A stretch of 29,269 bases of DNA from NCBI GenBank assembly GCA_027623195.1, contig JAQBUT010000030.1, positions 1 to 29,269 on the forward strand, written 5' to 3'. This document shows, in pieces, positions 1 through 8,137 of the stretch. The position numbers and the translations under genes were made by a program. This stretch comes from Chloroflexota bacterium (GTDB lineage Bacteria > Chloroflexota > Dehalococcoidia > Lucifugimonadales > JADFKI01). The notes below the pieces were generated by a model. It saw nothing but the letters and a program-made list of their open reading frames with translations. It searched no databases and was not told the origin of the DNA. The number at the start of each line of letters is the position of its first letter. Position 1 is the stretch's first letter.

Positions 1-131
1 CGAACCTTGAGGAGGCCATAGCCTGCTACCGTCGTGCGCTGGAGGTGTACACCAGGGACGCCTTCCCTGACTACTACGGTGTGGTGTCTGGAAATCTTGA
101 ACTACTGGTAAGCGAAACTACGTCCGATTAG
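1..131 (+). CDS. 3' end of a TPR-repeat protein (partial, starts before the window)
   Basis: The frame from nt 3 reads NLEEAIACYRRALEVYTRDAFPDYYGVVSGNLELLVSETTSD*, with TAG at 129-131. 'EEAIACYRRALEVYTR..FP' is a typical TPR unit. Not in the ORF track. Confidence 0.8.
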   Translation, partial: NLEEAIACYRRALEVYTRDAFPDYYGVVSGNLELLVSETTSD

Positions 132-1492
132 TCCGACGCCGGAAGCTTTTGGCCCGATAACCCTGTTTCGTCTGGCTCTGGCCCTTCAGCCTCCTCTTCC
201 TCATCCCCATTGTCCGGGATCAACTGCTGCCTTATGGATACCCAGAAAATGCCTATAATGCCGACCAAAATAAATCCGGCGATGGCGTTTATTGTCATTG
301 CGAAAGGCGCGCCGATGGCATTGGCGACGGCGCCTATGGCCAGGGCTCCCAATGGGCCTGCGCCTATGGCCAGCGTCATGATTCCCAAGGCGCGGCCTCG
401 CATATCATCCCTGGCCACCAGCATGACGATGGTGCCCTGCATGGTGCCGAAGCCCGAAGTGCCCAAGCCCATGATGAGCAGCACGCCTAGGGATACGCCG
501 TACCAGCGTGAGAGAGAAAGCATTAGCAGCATGGATAGCGCCAGCAAGGAGCCGTAGAGGTAGACGCGGCCGTGGTAGCGCATATCCGACCTGGAAGCTA
601 TCACGAGGGCGCCGATTAACGCACCGAAGCCTTCTATAGCCAGCAGCAGTCCCATGCGACCCGGCCCGACCTCCAGCACGCGATCCGCCAAAACAGGAAT
701 CATCTGCTGATAGGGGAATAACAGGAAGTTCATGAATATGGTGATAAGCACCACGGCCATGAGGGTGTTGTGCCCTCGAACGTACGTGAAGCCTTCGCCC
801 AGGTTCCTGAACACATTGGAAGCGGCATTCGTCACCGCAGGCCGTACTCTCCCCTCAGGCAAAGTGACCGTGGCCATGAGAATTATCGATAGTGCGTAGA
901 AGATGGCCGATACAACGTACCCGCCCTTTACGTCCACCAGGGTGATAAGCAAGCCGCCCAGCGCCGGCCCGATCATGCGGCTGGAGTGCATGCCAATGGA
1001 GTCCAGCGCAACGGCGTTTGTTACCCGCGCCCGTCCCAGCAGGTCTATGACTATAGAGCGACGAGATGGCATGTCCAGGGCCCATCCCGTGCCACTCACC
1101 ATCATTACAATATAGGCGTGCCAATAAACTATATTGCCGGTGAAAAGCAGCCCGGCCATGATTATTGCGGCGATAAGATTCGCCGTTTGGGTGATCATCA
1201 AGAGCTTGCGCTTGTCGGATTTGTCGGCCAGCAGCCCGCCCACGATGCCCAGCAGCAACATTGGGCCCATTCCGAAGAATCCTACCAACGCGACCTTAAA
1301 GGGCGAATCGGTTAGCTGCAGCACCAGCCACGCCAGCATGGTCATCTGCATCCATCGGGATATGTACGAGAAGAAATTACTCGTCCACAGCCAACGATAG
1401 CTGGGATTCACAAATGCATCGAAGGTATGTGGTACCCTCATGGAAACGCGCGCCAAATCAGAACTTCCTAACATGAAAGAGGTTGCAGTCAT
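128..1492 (-). CDS. MFS transporter (12-TM, DHA3/MFS_3-like)
   Basis: About 12 hydrophobic segments. Motifs 'YRWLW', 'GGLLADKSDKRKLL' (motif A), 'GPALGG' and 'DDMRGRALG'. The true start may be Met18 (nt 1441). Confidence 0.92.
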   Translation of the reverse strand: MTATSFMLGSSDLARVSMRVPHTFDAFVNPSYRWLWTSNFFSYISRWMQMTMLAWLVLQLTDSPFKVALVGFFGMGPMLLLGIVGGLLADKSDKRKLLMITQTANLIAAIIMAGLLFTGNIVYWHAYIVMMVSGTGWALDMPSRRSIVIDLLGRARVTNAVALDSIGMHSSRMIGPALGGLLITLVDVKGGYVVSAIFYALSIILMATVTLPEGRVRPAVTNAASNVFRNLGEGFTYVRGHNTLMAVVLITIFMNFLLFPYQQMIPVLADRVLEVGPGRMGLLLAIEGFGALIGALVIASRSDMRYHGRVYLYGSLLALSMLLMLSLSRWYGVSLGVLLIMGLGTSGFGTMQGTIVMLVARDDMRGRALGIMTLAIGAGPLGALAIGAVANAIGAPFAMTINAIAGFILVGIIGIFWVSIRQQLIPDNGDEEEEAEGPEPDETGLSGQKLPASD

Positions 1493-1696
1493 TCTATACG
1501 TCTGTCATGCGGTGCGATAGGGATATGATGGATTAATCATCTGGTTCTCACCGAAGGCCACACAAGGTTCACTAGAATTCACCTTTTTTGACCCCAACAA
1601 GTTCACACTTGTATGGCACACTTAGAGTTGGGTGAATGTTGTCCTACGAATCACCATTTAAGGCGGTAATACGCACCATTCGAGACAGCGAGGGTA

Positions 1697-1975
1697 ATGA
1701 TGAACGTACTTATGGACCTTCCCATAAGCAGGCAAGACATTTCGGAAGAACTTATAGATCAGGAACTTTTTCTCTATGATGAGGGAACGGGCTCGGTCCA
1801 CCAGCTAAACAGCGGCGCTGCTATGATCTGGCTTTTGTGCGATGGCACGAAAGACGTAGCCTCAATTGCGGTCGAAATCGCCAAAAGCTCAAACGTTGAC
1901 GCCGAAAACGTGCTGCAGGATGTCCAGGAGGCGCTTCAGAAGTTCGATTCGCTGGGCCTTCTTGTAAGCAGTTAA
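1697..1975 (+). CDS. PqqD-family protein / stand-alone RiPP recognition element (RRE)
   Basis: 92 aa with 'ELFLYDEGTGSVHQLNSGAAMIWLLCDG..DV..IA..IA....DV...L..F...GLL', the PqqD pattern. SD-like GAGGG upstream. Confidence 0.9.
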   Translation: MMNVLMDLPISRQDISEELIDQELFLYDEGTGSVHQLNSGAAMIWLLCDGTKDVASIAVEIAKSSNVDAENVLQDVQEALQKFDSLGLLVSS

Positions 1976-2122
1976 ATCCCAGGCGTTATTTTGTAATTGG
2001 TCTGGTGGAACGTCCAATTCGGACGCACTGACCTGAATTTTCGAATACCGCCATTCAGGACACCGTCCTCGTGGTTGCAGCTTTCTGAATTGTGACTCAG
2101 GCGCTGTAAACCGAGGAATTAT

Positions 2123-2176
2123 ATGAACGAAAAGGACTCCTTGGATTTGCAAGACATCACCTTAACAAGCCGCTGA
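2123..2176 (+). CDS. 17-aa micro-ORF MNEKDSLDLQDITLTSR, or the true kinase N-terminus interrupted by UGA
   Basis: SD GAGGA at 2113-2117, ATG at 2123, TGA at 2174-2176. Same frame as the kinase ORF at 2228, with no other stop in between. Confidence 0.45.
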   Translation: MNEKDSLDLQDITLTSR

Positions 2177-2227
2177 GGTCAGGAGCTAAACGCTCTGGAT
2201 TGGGCGTCCGACTTCTGCTACGAACTG

Positions 2228-3085
2228 ATGGGCCGCCGCATTCGTATTCGCACCACTTCGGAGAAGACCTCTGAGGGTATCCATAGCCTCTTGCGCTCTT
2301 TTCCTCGCCAGATGCCTGCGGATGGCTCAGCAGAGACCACGTTCTCGTTGGTGATGGGTCCCGCTTCCAACCTGGCTCATGTTCGTCCCTTCCACAGCTT
2401 CTACCGAGACGACTTGAAGGTCGGTCGCACAACGCATGACTGGTACATGTTTCGCCTGTTGGAGTGGCAGACCAACATGTTCCTGGGCGAACACGTGGAT
2501 GATTACCTCCTACTGCACGCGGGTTCGCTTTCGAAAAACGGCAAGGGCCTAATTCTTCCTGCGCCGTCGGAAAGCGGCAAGACGAGCTTGACCATGGCCC
2601 TCACCCGCCGAGGCTTCGGATACATGTCCGATGAGTTTGGCATGGTGGACACCGTGGGTGAGGACATAATGCTTCACCCGTTCCCCAAGCCGTTCAGCAT
2701 CAAAAATAGGACCCTTTTCCCCGATCTTGCTGCCCAGGAACACCTGTGGGTGGGGCCCGGAAAAGACGCGACCCCTGAACAAGACGAAGAACCCGTCTGG
2801 TACATTCATCCAAACGACGCTCGTGAGTCGGCTATAGGTAACTCCGTACCGCTAAGATATGTGCTGTTCCCCATGTATAGCTCTTCCGCTAACCCTTCCC
2901 TGACGCCGGTAAAATCCGGGGATGCCGTTCGTAACCTGATTGAGAACTCAGTCAACTTCCAGCAGGTGGGTGGAGTAGGTCTGGGGGCCATCGTCGAACT
3001 GGTAAAGGGAGCGAAGTGCTACTCCCTTGCCATTAACGACCTGCAACAGACGGCCGACCTGGTAGAAGACCTCCTATCCCTGTAA
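2228..3085 (+). CDS. HPr kinase-related P-loop kinase (HprK-related kinase A-like); start uncertain
   Basis: 'LLLHAGSL..NGKGLILPAPSESGKTSLT' (His plus Walker A), 'GFGYMSDEF', 'HPFPKPFSIK'. Adjacent to a PqqD gene. The frame is open upstream to 2177. Confidence 0.88.
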   Translation: MGRRIRIRTTSEKTSEGIHSLLRSFPRQMPADGSAETTFSLVMGPASNLAHVRPFHSFYRDDLKVGRTTHDWYMFRLLEWQTNMFLGEHVDDYLLLHAGSLSKNGKGLILPAPSESGKTSLTMALTRRGFGYMSDEFGMVDTVGEDIMLHPFPKPFSIKNRTLFPDLAAQEHLWVGPGKDATPEQDEEPVWYIHPNDARESAIGNSVPLRYVLFPMYSSSANPSLTPVKSGDAVRNLIENSVNFQQVGGVGLGAIVELVKGAKCYSLAINDLQQTADLVEDLLSL

Positions 3086-3168
3086 TTCTCTGGTTTAACG
3101 CCATTCCCAAATGTCCATTGGCAGAGTAGGGACCATTCGAAGATTGTGTTCTGAATGACCCGAGTACC

Positions 3169-3405
3169 ATGTCAAATCGGAAAGGCCATATGTGGACCAG
3201 ACTTAAGAGTCCCTTCCTCGCATCAATTTTTTCAATTGGACTAATCTTGATGGCCATTACAGTGTGGATAGGAGTGGGGCTGATCAATGAGTGGCCGACG
3301 TACGATGGTATGGCCAAAGGCGGCGGAGTTATCGTGGCGATAGCCCTGGGTGGTATCGGGTTTGCCATGACGTTGCTGGGTCTCCGACCGGGGTGGAAAG
3401 AGTAG
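3169..3405 (+). CDS. Small two-TM membrane protein of unknown function
   Basis: Two hydrophobic helices (FLASIFSIGLILMAITVWIGVGLI and GVIVAIALGGIGFAMTLLGL). May start at Met8 (3190). Confidence 0.65.
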   Translation: MSNRKGHMWTRLKSPFLASIFSIGLILMAITVWIGVGLINEWPTYDGMAKGGGVIVAIALGGIGFAMTLLGLRPGWKE

Positions 3406-3496
3406 CTTCTGTTGCCACACTTCGGGCAAACAAAACTCACACCTTTTGGCCAATATGAGTCGTTATGATGAAGACGTACTCATTTTGTAGTACATA

Positions 3497-3575
3497 GCTC
3501 GTTCCCTGACGAGCCGGTCTCGTTGAGACTCCTCCTGGGTTTAGCCCCCGCGCATTATGCGCGGGGGCTTTTTTT
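3497..3575 (+). ncRNA. Candidate small RNA: two hairpins, anti-SD CUCCUCC, intrinsic terminator
   Basis: Hairpins GCTCGT/ACGAGC (3497-3514) and GTCTC/GAGAC (3517-3529), then CTCCTCC (3529-3535), then the terminator. Confidence 0.4.
3543..3575 (+). terminator. Rho-independent terminator
   Basis: Perfect 12-bp stem AGCCCCCGCGCA / TGCGCGGGGGCT with a TTA loop, followed by a T run to 3575. Confidence 0.9.
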
Positions 3576-3737
3576 GTGTAGTCTCGCAGGCAAAATTTGC
3601 ACAGTACGGTACGGAGGGTCCGATTGGATTTAGCGGTAATTTTGCATGAAGAAAGTAGAGGGATATTTGAGGCGCGAAGGTTGTAAGGTTTCAGGGGATA
3701 GGAATCTGGAAAGGGGCCTTTGCCGTTAAGTCCGAAG

Positions 3738-4454
3738 TTAGACTTCCAGCGAGACCAGGCCTTTGCGAATGGCGTAGCGCAGGAGCTCTGTGCCGCTGTG
3801 CAGGTCCAGCTTTCGCATGATGCGCTGCCGATACGTCTGGACTGTGTAGGGGCTTACGCTGAGGTGTTCGGCGATGGCGTGATTATTCATGCCTTCTGCC
3901 AGCAGCGAAAGTACCTCTCGCTCTCTGGCGCTAAGTCGCTGGTAAGTGTCTGGTACCCTGTCGGCCCTCTCGCGTTTGAGGAAGTTGCCGACCAGTTTGC
4001 TGGCCATACTGGGGCTGATGAACACCTCGCCGTCATGAACAGTTCGGATGGCCGAGGTTATTTCAAACACCTCGATGTTCTTGAGGATATATCCCTTGGC
4101 GCCAGCCTGTAGCGCGCTGAGCATGTGGTCTTCTTTGGTCAGGCTGGTGAAGATGATAACCGCACTGTCGGGGGCGACGTATGAGATGCGCTTCAATACG
4201 TCCAAGCCGGTTACGGAAGGGAGGTCTAGCTCCAGCAAAACGATGTCTGGCTTCAGCCTTTCGATCTCCGAAATGGCCTGCCAACCGTCGCTAGATTCCC
4301 CTACGACTTCTATGTCGGCCTCACGACCGAGGGTTGCGGAAACGCCATACCTTACAACAGGATGATCGGCGATAAAAACGCTGATAGTTTCTGTTCTAAT
4401 GCCGTTGGAATGTGGCTTAAGAGTATCTGATAGCATCGGTATGGTCTGTTCCAT
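3738..4454 (-). CDS. NarL/LuxR-family response regulator with an atypical receiver domain
   Basis: REC domain plus LuxR HTH 'LSAREREVLSLLAEGMNNHAIAEHLSVSPYTVQTYRQRIMRKL'. Start chosen at ATG 4454 because AGGA precedes it; the ORF extends to 4547. Confidence 0.93.
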   Translation of the reverse strand: MEQTIPMLSDTLKPHSNGIRTETISVFIADHPVVRYGVSATLGREADIEVVGESSDGWQAISEIERLKPDIVLLELDLPSVTGLDVLKRISYVAPDSAVIIFTSLTKEDHMLSALQAGAKGYILKNIEVFEITSAIRTVHDGEVFISPSMASKLVGNFLKRERADRVPDTYQRLSAREREVLSLLAEGMNNHAIAEHLSVSPYTVQTYRQRIMRKLDLHSGTELLRYAIRKGLVSLEV

Positions 4455-4840
4455 TGTCCTAACTCTTTCAATGTATGCTCTTGTAGCAAATAAACAGTAC
4501 AGGGCCTTAGTAAACCAAGTGTAGGCCTCTACTAGGCCAGAATTCATCGTGCAAACCTTTAAGTCGGTTGGTATAGTTGAAGGCAGGTATTTTCAACGTT
4601 TCGTCGCCAACGTTTCCTCCATGGCAGCGTTATATACGGGGTGCGTTTGGGGATGAAGGTCGACAACATTGATGCCAGCGAATTACCCGCATCAGGACGC
4701 ACGTCAGATTCCAGTTCGTCCCTCCGCGGTTAACACGAATGAAGGTCGCCTTTGCTCTGGTCCCTACAAGACCACCGAAACCAGTCAATGCAAGAATTGG
4801 TTTGTCTGGTAATTCGAAACGAACTTAAGGAGTCTCCTGC

Positions 4841-7800
4841 GTGAGCTATTTCACCGGCCTGGCCCTGCGTCGCCGCCCGGTCACCATACTGATGATCATT
4901 CTGATAATGGTGATGGGCGTCTTCTCCTACAACAATTTCCAAAGGGAACTGTTCCCGGAGATAGAATTCCCTAACATCACCATTGTTACCATTTACCCTG
5001 ATTCTGATCCCGAAGCAGTAGTGCGCGATGTGACCGAACCCATTGAAGACGCTATCTCTGGCATTTCGGGCATTACGGATATCCAGTCGACCTCCGGAGA
5101 AAACATCTCCATCATACTGGCGACTTTTGAGTTCGGTGAAGACCTGGATGCTGGCGAGAGTGAGATTGAAAACTCCATTAACGGGATAGATTTCCCCAAT
5201 GGAGTTGACGACTCCACTGTCAGCCGCATCAATAGCGATACATTTCCTGCCATCCAGCTCAGTGTGCTCGGCGACACCGACATTCCTGGGCTGCAGCGAA
5301 TTTTGGATGACACCATCATTCCCCGTTTCGAACGAGTTGACGGCGTGTTCAGAGTTGATACGCTGGGCAAGGTGGATGAACAGCTCTTCGTGACTGTTAA
5401 TACGCAAAGGCTGGAAGAGCTCGGGCTGAGCATGGCTCAGGTGGCAAACGCCATCGGGCTCAACAACACCAGCTTCCCTGCCGGAAACATCACCGGCGAG
5501 GGATCCTCTATCACCATCCGGACTACCTACGAGTTCGGTTCCATAGAAGACATTCGCAACTTGACTGTCGGATTCGAGAATACTTCTGGCGGTCCCATAA
5601 TGGGCGTGCAGACCGGCGCACGGCCCATACGGGTTTCGGAAATCGCCGACGTGGAGATAAGCACTGCCAACCCCAGGACAATATCGCGAACCAACGGGAA
5701 GCCCAGTCTCAGCCTTGTAATTCTCAAGGATTCAGACGCCAACACTGTGGACGTCACTGAGGGCGTGCTTGAGGCGGTCCGAATCCTGGAGGAGTCGGGT
5801 GAGCTGCCTGAGCACGTTGAGATGCTGGTACTGTCCAATGACGGCCCTGCGGTAAAGGAATCTCTCAACAGCCTGCTGTTGGATGGAGCGATAGGGTTCC
5901 TGTTTGCCGTTGTCGTTGTCTTTCTATTCCTTATCAACGTGCGCCCGTCGCTCATGAGGGGCGTTGCGCTGGCCGTTCGACCAACGGCCATAATCGGCGT
6001 GTCCATACCACTTAGCGTACTGCTGGGTATTGTTTTTCTGTCCTTCACAGACACCACTCTGAACTTCATGTCTCTGGCAGGACTGGCCATTGCTGTTGGT
6101 CGCGTAGTAGACGACAGCATAGTCGTGCTTGAGAATATGTATCGACACATACAGCGTGGCGAAGACAGACTTGAGGCCGCATATGAGGCCACTAAAGAGG
6201 TCAGCGCCGCCATCGTCGCGTCTACCCTAACCACTGTCGTGGTATTCATCCCCTTGGGATTCATACAGGGCCTGGTCGGAGAGTTCTTCAGCCCATTTGC
6301 TCTGTCGGTAAGCCTTGCGCTGATTGCCTCTACAATTGTTGCTATCACCGCCGTACCGGTACTGGGAGCCATCCTCCTAAGGCGGGACGATCAGGCGATG
6401 TCTGGTGTAGGCCCGACGGATCCCTCAGCCGAGAATTCGCTTATTCTAAGACTTTACATGCCAGCTCTGATCTGGTCGTTGGGGCATAAATTTGCCACCC
6501 TCGCCATTGCAGTGTTCGTAAGCATTGCAGTTAGCGTCCCGCTGATTATGTTCGTCATACCGATTACGTTCTTCCCAGCGGGTTCTCCCGAGTTTCTAAC
6601 CATAGACGTGGAGTTGCCCACAAGCACCTCCGTCGATCGCACATACATAGAGGTTGCCAAGATTGAGCAGGCGCTGGAGGACTTCGAGGCTCTGGGCTTT
6701 GTGGAGACCTACCAGGTGACGCTGGGCGCAACGGCCACCGAATTCGGGCCTAACGCGGCTGGTGGCGGCTTCGACGTAGCTGGCTTCTTTGTCCGGCTTA
6801 ACAAGGACATCGTGCCTAAGGATATCGGCGATCAGATACGCGCGCGAATGCCGGTGGCAGATGACCTGTCTGTCACGGTTCGCGAAATATCTAATGGACC
6901 GCCCGCAGGCGCTCTCGAGATTAACGTCACGGGTCCTAACTTCTCGGATATTTCGGCTGTATCCCGTGACCTTGAGGAGCGTCTTAGTGAAATCGACGGA
7001 ATCATAAATGTGGCTAGCAACGTGTCCGACGCCAAGAGTGAAGTTGTGGTTAAGGTGGACCCGGGGAAGGCCGCAGAGTTTGGGCTGACCACCGTCGCCG
7101 TTGGCCAGCAGGTGAATCAGTTCATTGTCGGCAGGACGATTTCTGAGATTGACCTGGAAGGCGTGACCATCGACATCGTGCTGAGGGGCGACCCAGAAGA
7201 CGTCGACGATATAAACAAGATCAAGAATCTCAACATAGATGGTCCGATGGGAAGTACCAAGCTGGGTGCTATAGCTAGAATCGCTATCGAGGATGGGCCG
7301 GTTACTATATCCCGATTCGACAACGAGAGGTCTGCCAGTATCTCCGGAAACATTGTTGCAGAGGATACTCAGGCCGTTGGGCAACAGGTAGCCTCTGTGA
7401 TCGCAACCATGCCAATACCTCCAGGCGTTCAGGTGAAGTCCGGAGGTATATTCGAGCAGATAAACGAGGGCTTCGCAGACGTGGGGCAGGCCATGGAGAT
7501 AGGAATAGTGCTGGTTTACCTGGTAATGGTCGCCAGCCTGGGTTCCGTGCGAAATCCCTTCATCATTGTGCTTAGTCTGCCGTTGGCGGTGGTCGGAGCA
7601 CTCCTTGCTCTGGCTATTACTGGACGCACCCTTAGCCTTTCGGCCCTGATGGGATTCCTTTTGCTGATAGGCGTGGTCGTCACTAACGCAATTGTGCTTC
7701 TGACTTTTGTTGAGCAGCTAAGGGAAAGGGGCTACGACGTGTATGACGCCCTGTTGGAAGGTGGGCGCATCCGGTTGCGGCCCATACTGATGACCGCATT

Positions 7801-8053
7801 CACCACTACGTTTGCCCTGTTCCCTCTGGCGGCGTTCTCGACATCGGATAGCGGCATCATCGGCGCCGAGTTAGCCACAGTAGTAATTGGAGGACTGGTC
7901 AGCTCCACCTTCCTGACGCTGATCGTGGTCCCAGTGGTATACACGCTGATGAACGTCAGCATTCCAGGAATGTTCGAAAGGCTAGGGGAGAGGATGCGCG
8001 GTGAATCGTCCTACAGGCCGCCGGTGTCGGGATACCAGCCGGGGAACGATTAG
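4841..8053 (+). CDS. RND efflux transporter permease (AcrB/SwrC-like)
   Basis: 1070 aa. 'RRPVT', 'LFPEIEFP', 'AVGRVVDDSIVVLEN', 'GVVVTNAIVL', 'RLRPILMT'. SD AAGGAG before the GTG start. Confidence 0.96.
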   Translation: MSYFTGLALRRRPVTILMIILIMVMGVFSYNNFQRELFPEIEFPNITIVTIYPDSDPEAVVRDVTEPIEDAISGISGITDIQSTSGENISIILATFEFGEDLDAGESEIENSINGIDFPNGVDDSTVSRINSDTFPAIQLSVLGDTDIPGLQRILDDTIIPRFERVDGVFRVDTLGKVDEQLFVTVNTQRLEELGLSMAQVANAIGLNNTSFPAGNITGEGSSITIRTTYEFGSIEDIRNLTVGFENTSGGPIMGVQTGARPIRVSEIADVEISTANPRTISRTNGKPSLSLVILKDSDANTVDVTEGVLEAVRILEESGELPEHVEMLVLSNDGPAVKESLNSLLLDGAIGFLFAVVVVFLFLINVRPSLMRGVALAVRPTAIIGVSIPLSVLLGIVFLSFTDTTLNFMSLAGLAIAVGRVVDDSIVVLENMYRHIQRGEDRLEAAYEATKEVSAAIVASTLTTVVVFIPLGFIQGLVGEFFSPFALSVSLALIASTIVAITAVPVLGAILLRRDDQAMSGVGPTDPSAENSLILRLYMPALIWSLGHKFATLAIAVFVSIAVSVPLIMFVIPITFFPAGSPEFLTIDVELPTSTSVDRTYIEVAKIEQALEDFEALGFVETYQVTLGATATEFGPNAAGGGFDVAGFFVRLNKDIVPKDIGDQIRARMPVADDLSVTVREISNGPPAGALEINVTGPNFSDISAVSRDLEERLSEIDGIINVASNVSDAKSEVVVKVDPGKAAEFGLTTVAVGQQVNQFIVGRTISEIDLEGVTIDIVLRGDPEDVDDINKIKNLNIDGPMGSTKLGAIARIAIEDGPVTISRFDNERSASISGNIVAEDTQAVGQQVASVIATMPIPPGVQVKSGGIFEQINEGFADVGQAMEIGIVLVYLVMVASLGSVRNPFIIVLSLPLAVVGALLALAITGRTLSLSALMGFLLLIGVVVTNAIVLLTFVEQLRERGYDVYDALLEGGRIRLRPILMTAFTTTFALFPLAAFSTSDSGIIGAELATVVIGGLVSSTFLTLIVVPVVYTLMNVSIPGMFERLGERMRGESSYRPPVSGYQPGND

Positions 8054-8137
8054 TTTCGTGAGGTCAGGCGCAGGTGGCTTGCTCCTGGCACGGGGGACGA
8101 GCTGCCACGGCCCTACCAAACAACGTTGGTATTGGGC

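Noticed and set aside
1697..1975. PQQ biosynthesis cluster
   Set aside because: No pqqA/B/C/E in the window. The PqqD fold is better read as a generic RRE.
2174..2200. Canonical selenocysteine insertion in the kinase
   Set aside because: The hairpin loop lacks the usual SECIS G and the position is not a recognisable catalytic Cys site. Not supportable without homolog data.
3455..3490. 11-codon ORF MSRYDEDVLIL as the RiPP precursor
   Set aside because: No SD upstream, too short for leader plus core, and it coincides with the inverted repeat.
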